Part shown: in pieces, positions 51,811 through 64,000 of the stretch
Position numbering within the stretch: position 1 is the stretch's first letter
Layout: each line of letters opens with the position of its first letter
DNA from: Octopus bimaculoides
Taxonomy: Eukaryota
Direction of reading: 5' to 3'
Length of the DNA stretch: 64,000 bases
NCBI RefSeq assembly: GCF_001194135.2
Contig: NC_068993.1
Span: 4,223,278 to 4,287,277 of the forward strand
Translations under genes and position numbers: made by a program
Notes under the pieces: generated by a model
The model's database searches: none
What the model was told of the DNA's origin: nothing
The model's input: the letters and a program-made list of their open reading frames with translations, nothing else

Positions 51811-52545
51811 TAGACAGGTATCTGACTTGCTTAAACCAGAATATTTTTAATAGATGCTACAGTCTTAAAACTGTCTGTACAAATTTGCAAACCAATTTCT
51901 GTCTTCTTATAGAGCCTAGATCTCTTGATGCACATAGCACCAATTCTAATGACTCAATCACGCAAAATCTACAACTAATTTATTTCATAAGACCTTTATT
52001 TCATATGGAATCTTCAAGCTATATTATATCAGGTTCTCATTGTTTCCTTGCATTCTTTAGACAGAGTAGCCATGAAGATTCCAAAACTAATTCTTCTAAA
52101 AATATCATAAGAAAAGCTTTGCTCATTTGTTTAAAACGTGTCTGCAATTAATGCCGATTTCACAATGCCACATATATGCCATGAGAATATATCGCTTCTT
52201 AATAATATATCTTACTGTGCTGAAAATCCATGAGAATATTTGGTCAGCTTTATTAGGATCTGTGTATAATGAGAATAGCAATACATTTAATGACTTTACG
52301 TATTTTATGAAATGAATACGAATGCTTCCACCGTTTTATCCTCATCACGGGAACCATAACGAATATAGAATTTATTCAGCAATATAATAATTTGGAAGAT
52401 ACCGAACAGAATTCTAGAACAATTTATATGCTAGGATGAGAAACTATGAAGAGATATTGATTAGGAAAAAAGAAATTCTAGGTTCAAATCTTAGTCTATT
52501 TCTCAGCAGATAACAATTATTTGAGTTTAAATTTTTTTGAGTTTT

Positions 52546-52760
52546 AAGGCGGTGAGCTGGCAGAAACGTTAGCACACAGGGCGAAATGCTTAGAGGTATT
52601 TCGTCTGTCTTTACATTCTGAGTTCAAATTCCACCGAGGTTGACTTTACCTTTCATCCATTCGGGGTTGATAAATTAAGTACCAGTTGCATACTGAGGTG
52701 GATCTAATCAACTGGCCCTCACCCCAAAAATTTTGGGCCTTGTGTCTAGAGTAGAAAAGT
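52546..52760 (+). mobile_element. Family A SINE, full length (reference copy)
   Basis: A-box-like tggcagaaacg, B-box gagttcaaattcc, body and 3' end gggccttgtgtctagagtagaaaag. Confidence 0.92.
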
Positions 52761-52811
52761 ATTTTTTGGAATTTTTTGAAGGGGTTTCTTTTTCTATTAT
52801 GATATCTTTGA

Positions 52812-53192
52812 TCTTTTACTTATTTCAGTCATTAGACTGCAGCCATGCTTTCAAGTGTTTTAGTGTAACAAATTAACTCCAATACCTATTTTTTACCTTT
52901 TTTTAAAAAAACCTGGTACTTATTTGATCAATCACTCATGCCGAACTGCTAAGTCATGGGGATGCAAAGAAACCAACACCAGTTGTCAAGCAGTGATGGA
53001 GGACAAACACAAGAGCACACACACACACACATATGTGCACACACATATATGATGGGCTTCTTTCTGTTGCTGTCTACCAAATCCCTTCACAAGACTGGTT
53101 GAACTGGGGCTATAGCAGAAAACCCTTGCCCAAGATACCACACAGCAGGACTGAACCTGGAACCATGTGACTGGGAAGCAAACTTTGGATAG
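52812..53192 (-). mobile_element. Family B SINE, full length
   Basis: Tail (cattagactgcagccatgc), internal (CA)n, and head (ggactgaacctggaaccatgtgactgggaagcaaac) are all collinear. Confidence 0.88.
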
Positions 53193-53201
53193 CTCTTTCA
53201 G

Positions 53202-53237
<36 letters not shown>

Positions 53238-53624
53238 CAATGATGACAGCGATGACAGCTACGACAGTGATAACAATATAACTGGCATTCATTTCTATTC
53301 ACCCAGAATAATAAATAATACAGTTTATTCACGCAACATTTGTACTCAAAAGCTTAATAACTGTATCATAGTATTTTGTTCTGTGTCCATTGTTCTTTGA
53401 TGATGAATTAAATAATAATAAGTTATGTAATATCTCTCTCTCTGTCTATCTCTCTCTCTTTCTCTATCTCTCCCTCTCTCTCTCTATCTCCCACCTTCTC
53501 TCTCTCTCTCATACGTGCAGTAACAGTAAATATTTATATTGTAATATATATACATGTGTGTATATATACATGTGTGTAAATATGTATAGGTATGTCCTGA
53601 TTAACATTTGTTGTTCCATCCATA

Positions 53625-53669
<45 letters not shown>

Positions 53670-54051
53670 CTTGTTGCTTTGTGTATAAGTTGTCACAAGG
53701 AAGTAGTTAAAAGTTTAGCACAGTCGCAGGTCTCTTTATCACTCTGAAATTTCGTTCTGGGCACAGCTACAGGTAAACCAGTTTGCTGCTGCTGCTGCTG
53801 CTGCTNNNNNNNNNNNNNNNNNNNNNNNNNNNNNNNNNNNNNNNNNNNNNNNNNNNNNNNNNNNNNNNNNNNNNNNNNNNNNNNNNNNNNNNNNNNNNNN
53901 NNNNNNNNNNNNNNNNNNNNNNNNNNNNNNNNNNNNNNNNNNNNNNNNNNNNNNNNNNNNNNNNNNNNNNNNNNNNNNNNNNNNNNNNNNNNNNNNNNNN
54001 NNNNNNNNNNNNNNNNNNNNNNNNNNNNTTTAATAATTATGATCAGCATGA

Positions 54052-54272
54052 TGGTAATCGGGTAACAGAACCGTTATCGTGTCCGGCAAACTGCTCAGTG
54101 GCAATTTCATCCATCTTTATGTTCTGGGTTCAAATTCAGCGAAGGTTGGCTTTGTTTTTCATTATTTCAGGGTCGATAAAATGAGTACCAGTTGAGCACT
54201 GGGAGTTGATGTAAACAATTTATCCCCTCTCTGGAACGACTGGCCTCGTGCCAAAATCTGGAACCAATAATT
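54052..54272 (+). mobile_element. Family A SINE (old)
   Basis: cagaaccgttatcgtgtccggcaaa...gggttcaaattc...gggtcgataaaatgagtaccagttgagcactggg...ggcctcgtgccaaa. Confidence 0.78.
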
Positions 54273-55467
54273 ATGTTCCTTGTTTTCGAAGCAGATCAAT
54301 ATTTCTGATCAGGTATCAGATCAAAACTCTCCCAGTCTTTTATTTGAATAATCAAGGTACAACTGTATCGTGACTAAACAGCAGTGATCACAAAATGACA
54401 AATAATTTTTCTTTGCAGAGACACAAGCCCACTGATTCATAAGAAAAACTAGGGAAACAAGATTATGAGATGTTCATGCATTTCTCAAGCTGTTAGTAAA
54501 AATTAATAAAATGTAAAGAACGGAAATAGAACTCAGTGAAAATCGAAACCTGAGTCTCAGAGATTATTCACCAATAATTTATCACTTCTATTCTATAGAA
54601 ATGGTCACATATTTTACCAAACTGCAGTTCGCACGTATTGTTTTAGATGAAAAGTGCTTTGTTTATATACAAAAGAGCCTCCTAATGGAATATAGAGCAC
54701 CGACCATTCCAGCCAAACCTCCACTAGGAAATACTGAAATATTTCCTTAGTATTTTTTGTTTCTCTCCTTTCTTTGTATTTTTCTTGTTGTTTTTTAAAT
54801 CGCAAACAACAGAAAATATGGTTTTATTTGGAATAATATTTCATACGGTATCTTTTCTGTTAATTATTATTCCGTCATAAATATCTTTTATTTGGTAATT
54901 CCTAGGAGATTAATGTGTTGCTTTGCCAATTGTTATTTATTTATTTTTATTTTTATTATTATTTTTTTTTATTTTTGGTCTCTTACTACCCCTGTGTTTG
55001 TTTTTATGTATTATTTTTTTAGTTTTGGTTTTGCTTCCTCCTTTCTTTTCCTTCTTTTGGTAAATGCGACAGTAATGTTGGAGAGCTAAAAAATAAATAA
55101 ATAAGACAAAAATTTCCTGAAGGGGTAAAACAAAAAAAAAATGAAAATAAGTAAAAATACAAACTCCTCTCTGAGCTTTTAACCACAAACAATGCGTATC
55201 TATTCTCCATTTCATAAGTGACCTGTGTATTGTTTCTATAATGCATTTTTGGAATCATGTTGAATNNNNNNNNNNNNNNNNNNNNNNNNNNNNNNNNNNN
55301 NNNNNNNNNNNNNNNNNNNNNNNNNNNNNNNNNNNNNNNNNNNNNNNNNNNNNNNNNNNNNNNNNNNNNNNNNNNNNNNNNNNNNNNNNNNNNNNNNNNN
55401 NNNNNNNNNNNNNNNNNNNNNNNNNATATATATATATTACATATATATATATATATGTAATATATAG

Positions 55468-55512
<45 letters not shown>

Positions 55513-55610
55513 TCACACATATATACATATATATATGTATGTACTTATGTATATTGCAACATATTGTGAATTGTATCTATCATCACAACAACGACCACCA
55601 TCACCACCAC

Positions 55611-55672
<62 letters not shown>

Positions 55673-55796
55673 CCATCATCATCATCACCATCATCATTGT
55701 AGTCGTCAGTTCTGTTGTTGTTGCTGTTATCTGTTGTTCCAGTTATTGCTATGAGTCTTTGCTGTTGTTATTATTATCATCATCATCATTATCATA

Positions 55797-55855
<59 letters not shown>

Positions 55856-55872
55856 CATCATCATTATTATCA

Positions 55873-55906
<34 letters not shown>

Positions 55907-55929
55907 CATTATTATTATTATTATCATCA

Positions 55930-55981
<52 letters not shown>

Positions 55982-57039
55982 TTCCCTTACTATTTGCTTG
56001 TCTATCCACATACACACACATGTTGTTGTCATCACTGTCGCTGTTGCCGTTGTTGCACTTGTACTCTACACAAGCCTTTTGTAACATGTGCATTCATGTT
56101 CCTGTCCCATTTTATCTGGTTAAACATCCAATCAAAACATTTTCCTTCTATATATTTATTTATTCGTTATCGTTTTAGCGTTATTGTTATTACTATTTTA
56201 TTTATTTTACTTTTTAGATACTTTGAAATATAATAAAATGTAGCAGAAACATGTTTTAAATATTTTCTAGTTTTACAATCAGGATTGTTTATACATAAAT
56301 GTACATATATGTAAGTTAGTATGTACATATGTAAGTATGTTTATATGTATGTATGTATGTATGTATGTACATATGTAAATATGTATGTATGTATGTATAT
56401 ACATGTGTAAATATGTTCCTATGTATGTATGCAAGTATGCATCTATGTGTGTGTGTAATGTGTGTATGCATATATGCATGTATAAATATTGGTAGCATTA
56501 TGTATGTGTGTATTTATATACAAATATATATACATGTGTGTGTGTGTGTATGTATGCATTTCTCTATGTCTGTAATTATGCATGCATATACGTATGTATG
56601 CATTTATGCATATATATACATATNNNNNNNNNNNNNNNNNNNNNNNNNNNNNNNNNNNNNNNNNNNNNNNNNNNNNNNNNNNNNNNNNNNNNNNNNNNNN
56701 NNNNNNNNNNNNNNNNNNNNNNNNNNNNNNNNNNNNNNNNNNNNNNNNNNNNNNNNNNNNNNNNNNNNNNNNNNNNNNNNNNNNNNNNNNNNNNNNNNNN
56801 NNNNNNNNNNNNNNNNNNNNNNNNNNNNNNNNNNNNNNNNNNNNNNNNNNNNNNNNNNNNNNNNNNNNNNNNNNNNNNNNNNNNNNNNNNNNNNNNNNNN
56901 NNNNNNNNNNNNNNNNNNNNNNNNNNNNNNNNNNNNNNNNNNNNNNNNNNNNNNNNNNNNNNNNNNNNNNNNNNNNNNNNNNNNNNNNACATAAAACAAC
57001 GTAATATATACGTAGAATAAAATTAAATAATTAAAGAAT

Positions 57040-57540
57040 TGGGGATTGTAGAAGTTGATTAAACAAACTAGAATACAGTTTAATTGAATAATAACATATA
57101 AAAGATTATTCAAAATAAGAAACATTAAAATGTAGAATTTGCTTAAACAAACAGGAATAGAGAATGGGTGAATAAAAGTATTGAATTCTTGAATAGAGTT
57201 ATCAAATTGTAGAATTTGATTAAATGAAGAACACTGACTTTGGATTTGTAGAATTTGATTAAATGAAGAACACTGACTTTGGATTTGTAGAATTTGATTA
57301 AATGAGCAAAAATAGAGAATGTTTAAATAATGAATAAAGAGTTATGATAGATAGTGAATTGTAAAATGTGATTAAGCAAGCAAGAATAAAGAATTAGGAA
57401 TTGTAGCATTTGAGTGAACAAGTAAGAATAAAGAATGGTTGAATAATAAATAAAAGGTTATTAATGATATTGGATTGTAGAATTTTTGTTAAGGAAACGG
57501 GAATAAAGAATTGGGAGTTGTAGACTTTGATTACACAAAA
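57040..57540. repeat. Degenerate minisatellite with a perfect 39-bp core duplication
   Basis: ttgtagaatttgattaaatgaagaacactgactttggat at 57207 and 57246, partial at 57285. About nine degenerate ttgtagaattt..ttaa anchors across the region. Confidence 0.85.
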
Positions 57541-58120
57541 ATGCAGAATAATTGAATGACCATATATAAAAGTTCAAACACATAGTGTTCCCTGGTAGGG
57601 GGATAATCTCTTCTGGATTAACTTAGATGGTGGCAGATTTGAAAGTTTGGAATTTACATCACAGAGTAAATAGGGTGTACACAGAACACACATTTAATAT
57701 TTTTTCTACAGGTTGTAAAGTTCACAAAGTCATGGGCAGCCATATTTAGCACCATTTTATCCTTGTTTGGAATTATCAGCATGATATGAAGCTAATAGCC
57801 AATGTGAATGTTGGTTGGTTAATTACTCCAGTCATGCTTTACATCATATAGAGACAGGGGTAGAAAGAATAAAAGAGACACAGAGCGACAACACAAGAGG
57901 TGTGAGATGAATGCACATACTAGACTTGGTGGTAGTAAAGGAGTGCTCCATACACACACAGTGAGAGAGAAAGTGTCAGAGGGAAAGACAAGGCGAAGGA
58001 ATAAATGATGAAAAAGCTTTGGAAGGAGTTCAGATTTTGTAGAGATAGGTTTGCAATGGAATAAATTACAATTATGTCAATGAAATGTAGAAAAATAATT
58101 ACATATAACATATTTATTGT

Positions 58121-58458
58121 AAATACGGCACTCCATTGGATACAACGCTATGGATTCCAGATGATTCAGTCAATGGAACAGCCTACTTATGAAATAATTG
58201 TGCAAGTGGATGAGTACTCCACAGACACGTGTACCCTTAATGTAGATCTCAGGGAGATTCAGCATGACACAAAGTGTGACAAGGCTGGCTTTTTGAAATA
58301 CAGGTACTACTCATTTTTGCCAGTGGAGTGGACAGGAGCAACGTGGAATAAAGTGTCTGGCCCAAGTGAAGTGCCACCAGGAATCGTGCCACTAGGAATC
58401 AAACTTGCAACCTTACAATCGTGAGGGAATACCTTTAACCATGAAGCCATGCACCTTG
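58121..58458 (-). mobile_element. Family C SINE, full length
   Basis: Reverse complement: tRNA-like head caaggtgcatggcttcatggttaaagg..aagtttgattcc, central ttgctcctgtccactccactggcaaaaatgag, tail cagccttgtcacac..gggtacacgtgtctgtggagt..ggagtgccg. Confidence 0.85.
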
Positions 58459-58585
58459 TAAATAGACAAATGAAAAATATGTAATAGACTTACGTCTCTC
58501 TCTTGTGCTAGACTTTGAAACCAGTGTTTGGTAAATGTAACTAGCATTAGTAGTAACAGTTGTTTAGTACAAGTATTTATTAGTT

Positions 58586-58964
58586 CAGAAGAACCTTGCA
58601 GTACGAATGCCCCACTGTACCAGTAATTTGCTCTACGAGCTAAGACTCATGTGAATTTTTGTCTTGAACTACGAGCAGAAATCTGCTGTACGAGCACACA
58701 TGTCATACCATCTTTATGGTAATTCTGTTAATAAAACCCGTTTACATATTTCTTTTGCATTCTCTGTTTTATAATTGTTATTTTACCTGTAACTACACCT
58801 TTTCTGTTTTAAAACCCATCAACAATTATTTTTGAGTGGTTTTTGCAGGGCTGAAACGGATTAATTTTAGTTAATTTCAAAGGGGAAAATTGATTTGTAA
58901 AACGAGTAAATCGTAAAACGAGCTGTCTTGGAGCAAATTAAACTCGTACTGTGAGGTATAATTG
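58586..58964. mobile_element. Tigger/pogo-like MITE
   Basis: Imperfect TIRs cagaagaaccttgcagtacga and tcgtactgtgaggtataattg+TA, with internal repeated tacgag/aacgag motifs. Confidence 0.6.
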
Positions 58965-59079
58965 TATTGGTATTGTTAGAGAAGAGATAATGGAGAGAAT
59001 GGAAGTGTTATTGTAATTGGTATAAAGGTGATGAAACAGAGTTACCTTAGCAGAGCTGTGTTACAGTCCACATGTCTAT

Positions 59080-59122
<43 letters not shown>

Positions 59123-59603
59123 NNNNNNNNNNNNNNNNNNNNNNNNNNNNNNNNNNNNNNNNNNNNNNNNNNNNNNNNNNNNNNNNNNNNNNNNNNNNNN
59201 NNNNNNNNNNNNNNNNNNNNNNNNNNNNNNNNNNNNNNNNNNNNNNNNNNNNNNNNNNNNNNNNNNNNNNNNNNNNNNNNNNNNNNNNNNNNNNNNNNNN
59301 NNNNNNNNNNNNNNNNNNNNNNNNNNNNNNNNNNNNNNNNNNNNNNNNNNNNNNNNNNNNNNNNNNNNNNNNNNNNNNNNNNNNNNNNNNNNNNNNNNNN
59401 NNNNNNNNNNNNNNNNNNNNNNNNNNNNNNNNNNNNNNNNNNNNNNNNNNNNNNNNNNNNNNNNNNNNNNNNNNNNNNNNNNNNNNNNNNNNNNNNNNNN
59501 NNNNNNNNNNNNNNNNNNNNNNNNNNNNNNNNNNNNNNNNNNNNNNNNNNNNNNNNNNNNNNNNNNNNNNNNNNNNNNNNNNNNNNNNNNNNNNNNNNNN
59601 NNN

Positions 59604-59637
<34 letters not shown>

Positions 59638-61380
59638 TACATTTATGTTGGTCTGTGAGTGTGGATGTAAATATATATGTGTGTATGTATATATATATAA
59701 TAATACACACACACACACACATATGTGAATAGAATGTTTTTGGTAGTGTACTGAATAGGATATTGGTAATGATAATAAGGTTAGTCAGAAGAAGTGAAGA
59801 AATTATTCCTTAGTTCAGTTGTCTTTAAATTTTGCATGAAACTTAAATAAAATGAAAAAGGATAAACACACACACACACACACACATTCACATCCATACA
59901 GACTAAGAGAGAGACATACAGAATCAACTTGACAGAGTGTACAACAAAGTGGTTGAATTTCAGTTAAAGACACAATCAATGTGATGGGATTCTCTATAGT
60001 TTCCAGCTCGTCCATTTCGCTCACAGGATATATGAGAAACTGCAGATCAGCAGGATTGAATCTGGGTTTGTGGTTGGGTTGCAAAGCAAACTACTTATCT
60101 ATTCAGCCACACTTCACTATTATATAATGATCATCCTCATCATGATCGTCACCACCACCACCACCACCACCACCAGAGGGAGGGATACAGAAGTGGTGAT
60201 CGTGGGTGGAGTAAGATGGGTTGTTGGAGAGCAGGGACTATGGATATATGGGACACACCCTTATGTTTTCTCAAGCAAGGCAAATCATCAGTTGCCTCAG
60301 TCCTGTGTCATTTCTGTGAAACTATATTATTGAAGCAGAAAATAAATACTGAGAGATATTTTCATGACACAAGTTTCATGCCAAGGCAATCTTCAGGTGG
60401 GATCACAATTGTGTAGAACTTGAGTTATGAGAGAAACTCTTATTTTCAGTTTCAATAATAAAAAAAAAAACATGTTTCTAAATTTAGTTTTGAGTTCTCC
60501 TCTCTCATTTGTCTGACATAAAACGATGTTTGTATATATTGGTGATGCTCCAGCTGAAACTATTTAAGGAGTTAAAGAGTCTTATATATACATATATGTG
60601 CTTGTGTGCATGTGTGTATATATAAAACTAAATATATATGTAAATATACATACATGTGTATATATGTGTGTATGTGTGTGTACATATGTGCCTATGTATG
60701 TTTGCTTGTATACACAAGTATTCATTCATAGATAGATAAGGAGATAGATAGGTAGGGAGAGAGAGAGAAAGAGACAGACAGAGAGGCAGACAGACAGATG
60801 AATAGTTAGATGATACATATATATATGTGAGTGTGTATGTGTATATGTGCATACACACACACACACACACGCACACATATATATATATATATCATATACA
60901 CAGCAAAACAAGCCTTTTCCACAAGCTTAAATATAAAATATACTGGTGAATTTATTAAAAGACAGTTGTGGTGTTATCAAGTTAACACTGGTTTATGACA
61001 CTGACAGCTGAAAACTATTAGAGGTTACTTCAGGTTGGCTGCATGCATCCATTAAATAAATAAAACAGCAATGAAGAACGTAAGGATATGTTGCCAGACT
61101 TGGATGCACAAATGTTTACGCATATATATGCTCAATTCATGCACACATTAGCTGCACTCACTGTAGCAGGTATACATGCGTACACAACACACACACACAT
61201 GAAAAAGGGGCATCATATATGTTTACATACACACCTACACACATATATAAGACCTGTATAATATATATATATATATGTATGTATGTGTGTATGTATATAT
61301 ATATATATATGTATGTACACACACACATATATATATATGTATGTATATATGTATATGCATATATGTATATCAATTTGTGT

Positions 61381-61457
<77 letters not shown>

Positions 61458-62158
61458 TTACACCCATACATATGTGTGTGTCTATATGTGTATATAGTGT
61501 TGTATGTATAGAACGTAGACATATTTCCCCATTACCTATCATATGCACTCATACACACACACACACACACACATACACACACACAAACACACACACACAT
61601 AGACATATAAGTACGTATGAACAAAATTTACGATGCACATGTAAATATACGTTCAGATATATACATACATAAAATGCATTCAATGACAGCAGTGATACAG
61701 TGTATCTCAGGTGCATTGACAAAGAATCAACACTTTGAGTGCACAAAATGAACTGATGCATCTAATAGCTTGAGCACCTATGGGGCTGAATCTATAGATT
61801 TTTCGGGGGATAATTCCTTCAAAGTTTTCAATAAGTTTGGTTACCTAGGAAACCTGTATTCGATGCCTGCTACTATAGATGCACCAATATGTATAAGCTT
61901 GTGTACATACATGTAAAACTACTCTCAGACACACACACACACACACACACACACACANNNNNNNNNNNNNNNNNNNNNNNNNNNNNNNNNNNNNNNNNNN
62001 NNNNNNNNNNNNNNNNNNNNNNNNNNNNNNNNNNNNNNNNNNNNNNNNNNNNNNNNNNNNNNNNNNNNNNNNNNNNNNNNNNNNNNNNNNNNNNNNNNNN
62101 NNNNNNNNNNNNNNNNNNNNNNNNNNNNNNNNNNCGAGGCTTGGATATATACATCTAA

Positions 62159-62214
<56 letters not shown>

Positions 62215-62226
62215 GTGTGTGTGTAT

Positions 62227-62640
62227 TTATGTGGAGGCACAATGATCCAGTGATAGGGCAGCAGACTTGTGCTGGTGGGATCGTAGTTTCGATTCCCAGA
62301 CCAGGTGTTGTGAGTGTTTATTGAGCAAAAACATCTAAAGCTCCACGAGGCTCCGGCAGGGTGTGGATGGCAAGTCCTGCTGTACTCTTTCACCACAACT
62401 TTCTCTCATTCTTTCTTCCTGTTTCTGTTGTGCCTGTAATTCAAAGGGTCAGCCTTGTCACACTCTGTGTCACGCTGAAACTCCCTGAAAACTATGTTAA
62501 AGGTACATGTGGCTGTGGAGTGTTCAGCCACTTGCATATTAATTTCACGAGCAGGCTGTTCATGAAAATCTGTCAACAAATTCCGTCTGACCCATGCAAG
62601 AATAGAAAACCATATATTAAATGATGATGATGATGATGAT
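62227..62640 (+). mobile_element. Family F tRNA-derived SINE with a swapped family-E-type (GAT)n tail
   Basis: Head gtggaggcacaatgatccagtgatagggc..gtttcgattcccagacc. It shares the cagccttgtcacactctgtgtcacgctga..ggctgttc module with family C, then ends tctgacccatgcaag..ttaaatgatgatg. Confidence 0.85.
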
Positions 62641-62741
62641 GAAGAAGATGACAATGACGATGATGATGATGATGGCAACGACAATGATGAATAATGATGA
62701 TGTTGACAACGATGATGATAATGATGACAATGATGGTGACG

Positions 62742-62781
<40 letters not shown>

Positions 62782-63585
62782 CGGCATCAACAATAGCAGT
62801 GATGATGATGATGCCAATGATGATGATGATGATGACAATAATGATGATGAATGATGATGATGGTAGCTTCGTATATAGACTTATTGTTAACATAAAACAA
62901 ACCCGATATATTACATAAAATAAGCTGAATTAGAGACATTTCAGCATCGGTCATGAAATAACTTGGTATCGCCTTTTTTTCCCCCCCTTTTTTGTTACTA
63001 CAATGTTATATAAAATGAGTATCTTTCAAATAACTTCCTGTTTTTAGTTGGTTTGTTTCTTTTTTGTTTTGTTCATTTTTCTTTCGCCTGCTTATGAAGG
63101 CAACATATGTATGCATATATTTATGTATCTGTGTCTACCAGAAACATAATTATGTCTTAGGAAAAATATATATTTATTTTAATATGTATATTTTGATTGA
63201 TTTATAGTCGTTATTCCATTTTCATTATATTTTATTGTTTATATATTTATATCATTGTGTGTATATATGTGTGCACACATGCATGTGTGTATGTGTGTTT
63301 GTGTGTGCATTGGTTCATCTCTGTACCATTGTTATAAGTGTTTATATACGTAAATGTTAATAAATATATGTAGGTATGCATGTACCTATATGTATATGTG
63401 GGCATGTGTATGTATATATATATATATATAAATATGCACACACATATATGGCGATATAGATATACATATATATATTTTGAGAGAAAGATAGATATAGACA
63501 TATGTATATATACATATATATGTAAATATGTATGTATGTGTGAGTATGTATGTACTTATATATGTATATGCATGTNNNNNNNNNN

Positions 63586-63631
<46 letters not shown>

Positions 63632-64000
63632 TTACATATTTATACGAACACATTCATGTACGTAATGTAACTCAGAATGCACTTTATTGAATTTATGCTG
63701 TCTGTTTACATAAACACACGCACACAAACACACATATATATGCTCACACACATTATGTGAATGTGTGCACACATTTACATACATACATACATGCATGCTA
63801 ATATATATCTTTGTGTATGTCTGTGTGCGTATGCATGGACACAATGGAATATTTGTGGGTGTACAGATTAATAGCCAAGAGATAGTGATAAATCAGATAT
63901 AGATTTTAAACCATCTATCAATGACTTATAGGGTCACTATTAACCTCTCACACTTGTTTAATGTCTGTATGTATGTATATATATATATATATATATATAT

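Larger units (their letters stand above)
12010..63585. other. 20 assembly gaps (N runs), about 5.5 kb in total
   Basis: For example 12010-12346, 35356-35926, 41027-41479, 43493-44279, 46939-47774 and 59123-59603. Most are flanked by (TA)n or other microsatellites. Confidence 0.97.
1..64000. repeat. Genome-wide microsatellite load: (TA)n, (CA)n, (GA)n, (TATG)n, (AGAT)n, (CAT)n, (AAT)n, (TAG)n, (CAA)n, (CAC)n
   Basis: Well over 100 tracts are visible. They account for nearly all ORFs in the supplied track. Confidence 0.97.

Noticed and set aside
54647-54750. Exon-like stretch (ttttag|ATGAAAAG...) reading EKCFVYIQKSLLMEYRAPTIPAKPPLGNTEIFP*
   Set aside because: Only 34 codons, no homology recognised and no partner exon.
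44-63844. Most ORFs in the track (poly-YI, poly-H, poly-E/R, poly-S, VC/TH repeats, X-runs)
   Set aside because: They are read-through of microsatellites or N-gaps, with no domain content.

Overview
Eukaryotic, very AT-rich, microsatellite-saturated draft-assembly DNA with 20 N-gaps (about 5.5 kb), nearly all abutting microsatellites, mostly (TA)n. The repeat families match ones I recall from Octopus genomes, so the taxon is an inference. No host protein-coding exon is recognisable, and almost every ORF in the track is microsatellite or N read-through. Supportable content: (1) about 35 copies of at least six dispersed SINE-like or non-autonomous families, labelled A-F here; (2) dead DNA-transposon relics: a hAT/Buster transposase, two mariner pieces, a Tc1-like piece with DD36E spacing and a Tigger-like MITE; (3) an RTE LINE 3' end; (4) minisatellites and a perfect 63-bp palindrome. 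The most interesting element is family D. It is a tRNA-headed SINE-like element whose 3' half contains a minimal type-I hammerhead ribozyme core of the kind found in Penelope-like elements, and two copies carry 5' inversions. CpG density appears to drop after about 12-13 kb, which would fit a promoter or first exon near 5-8 kb followed by a large methylated intron (inference).
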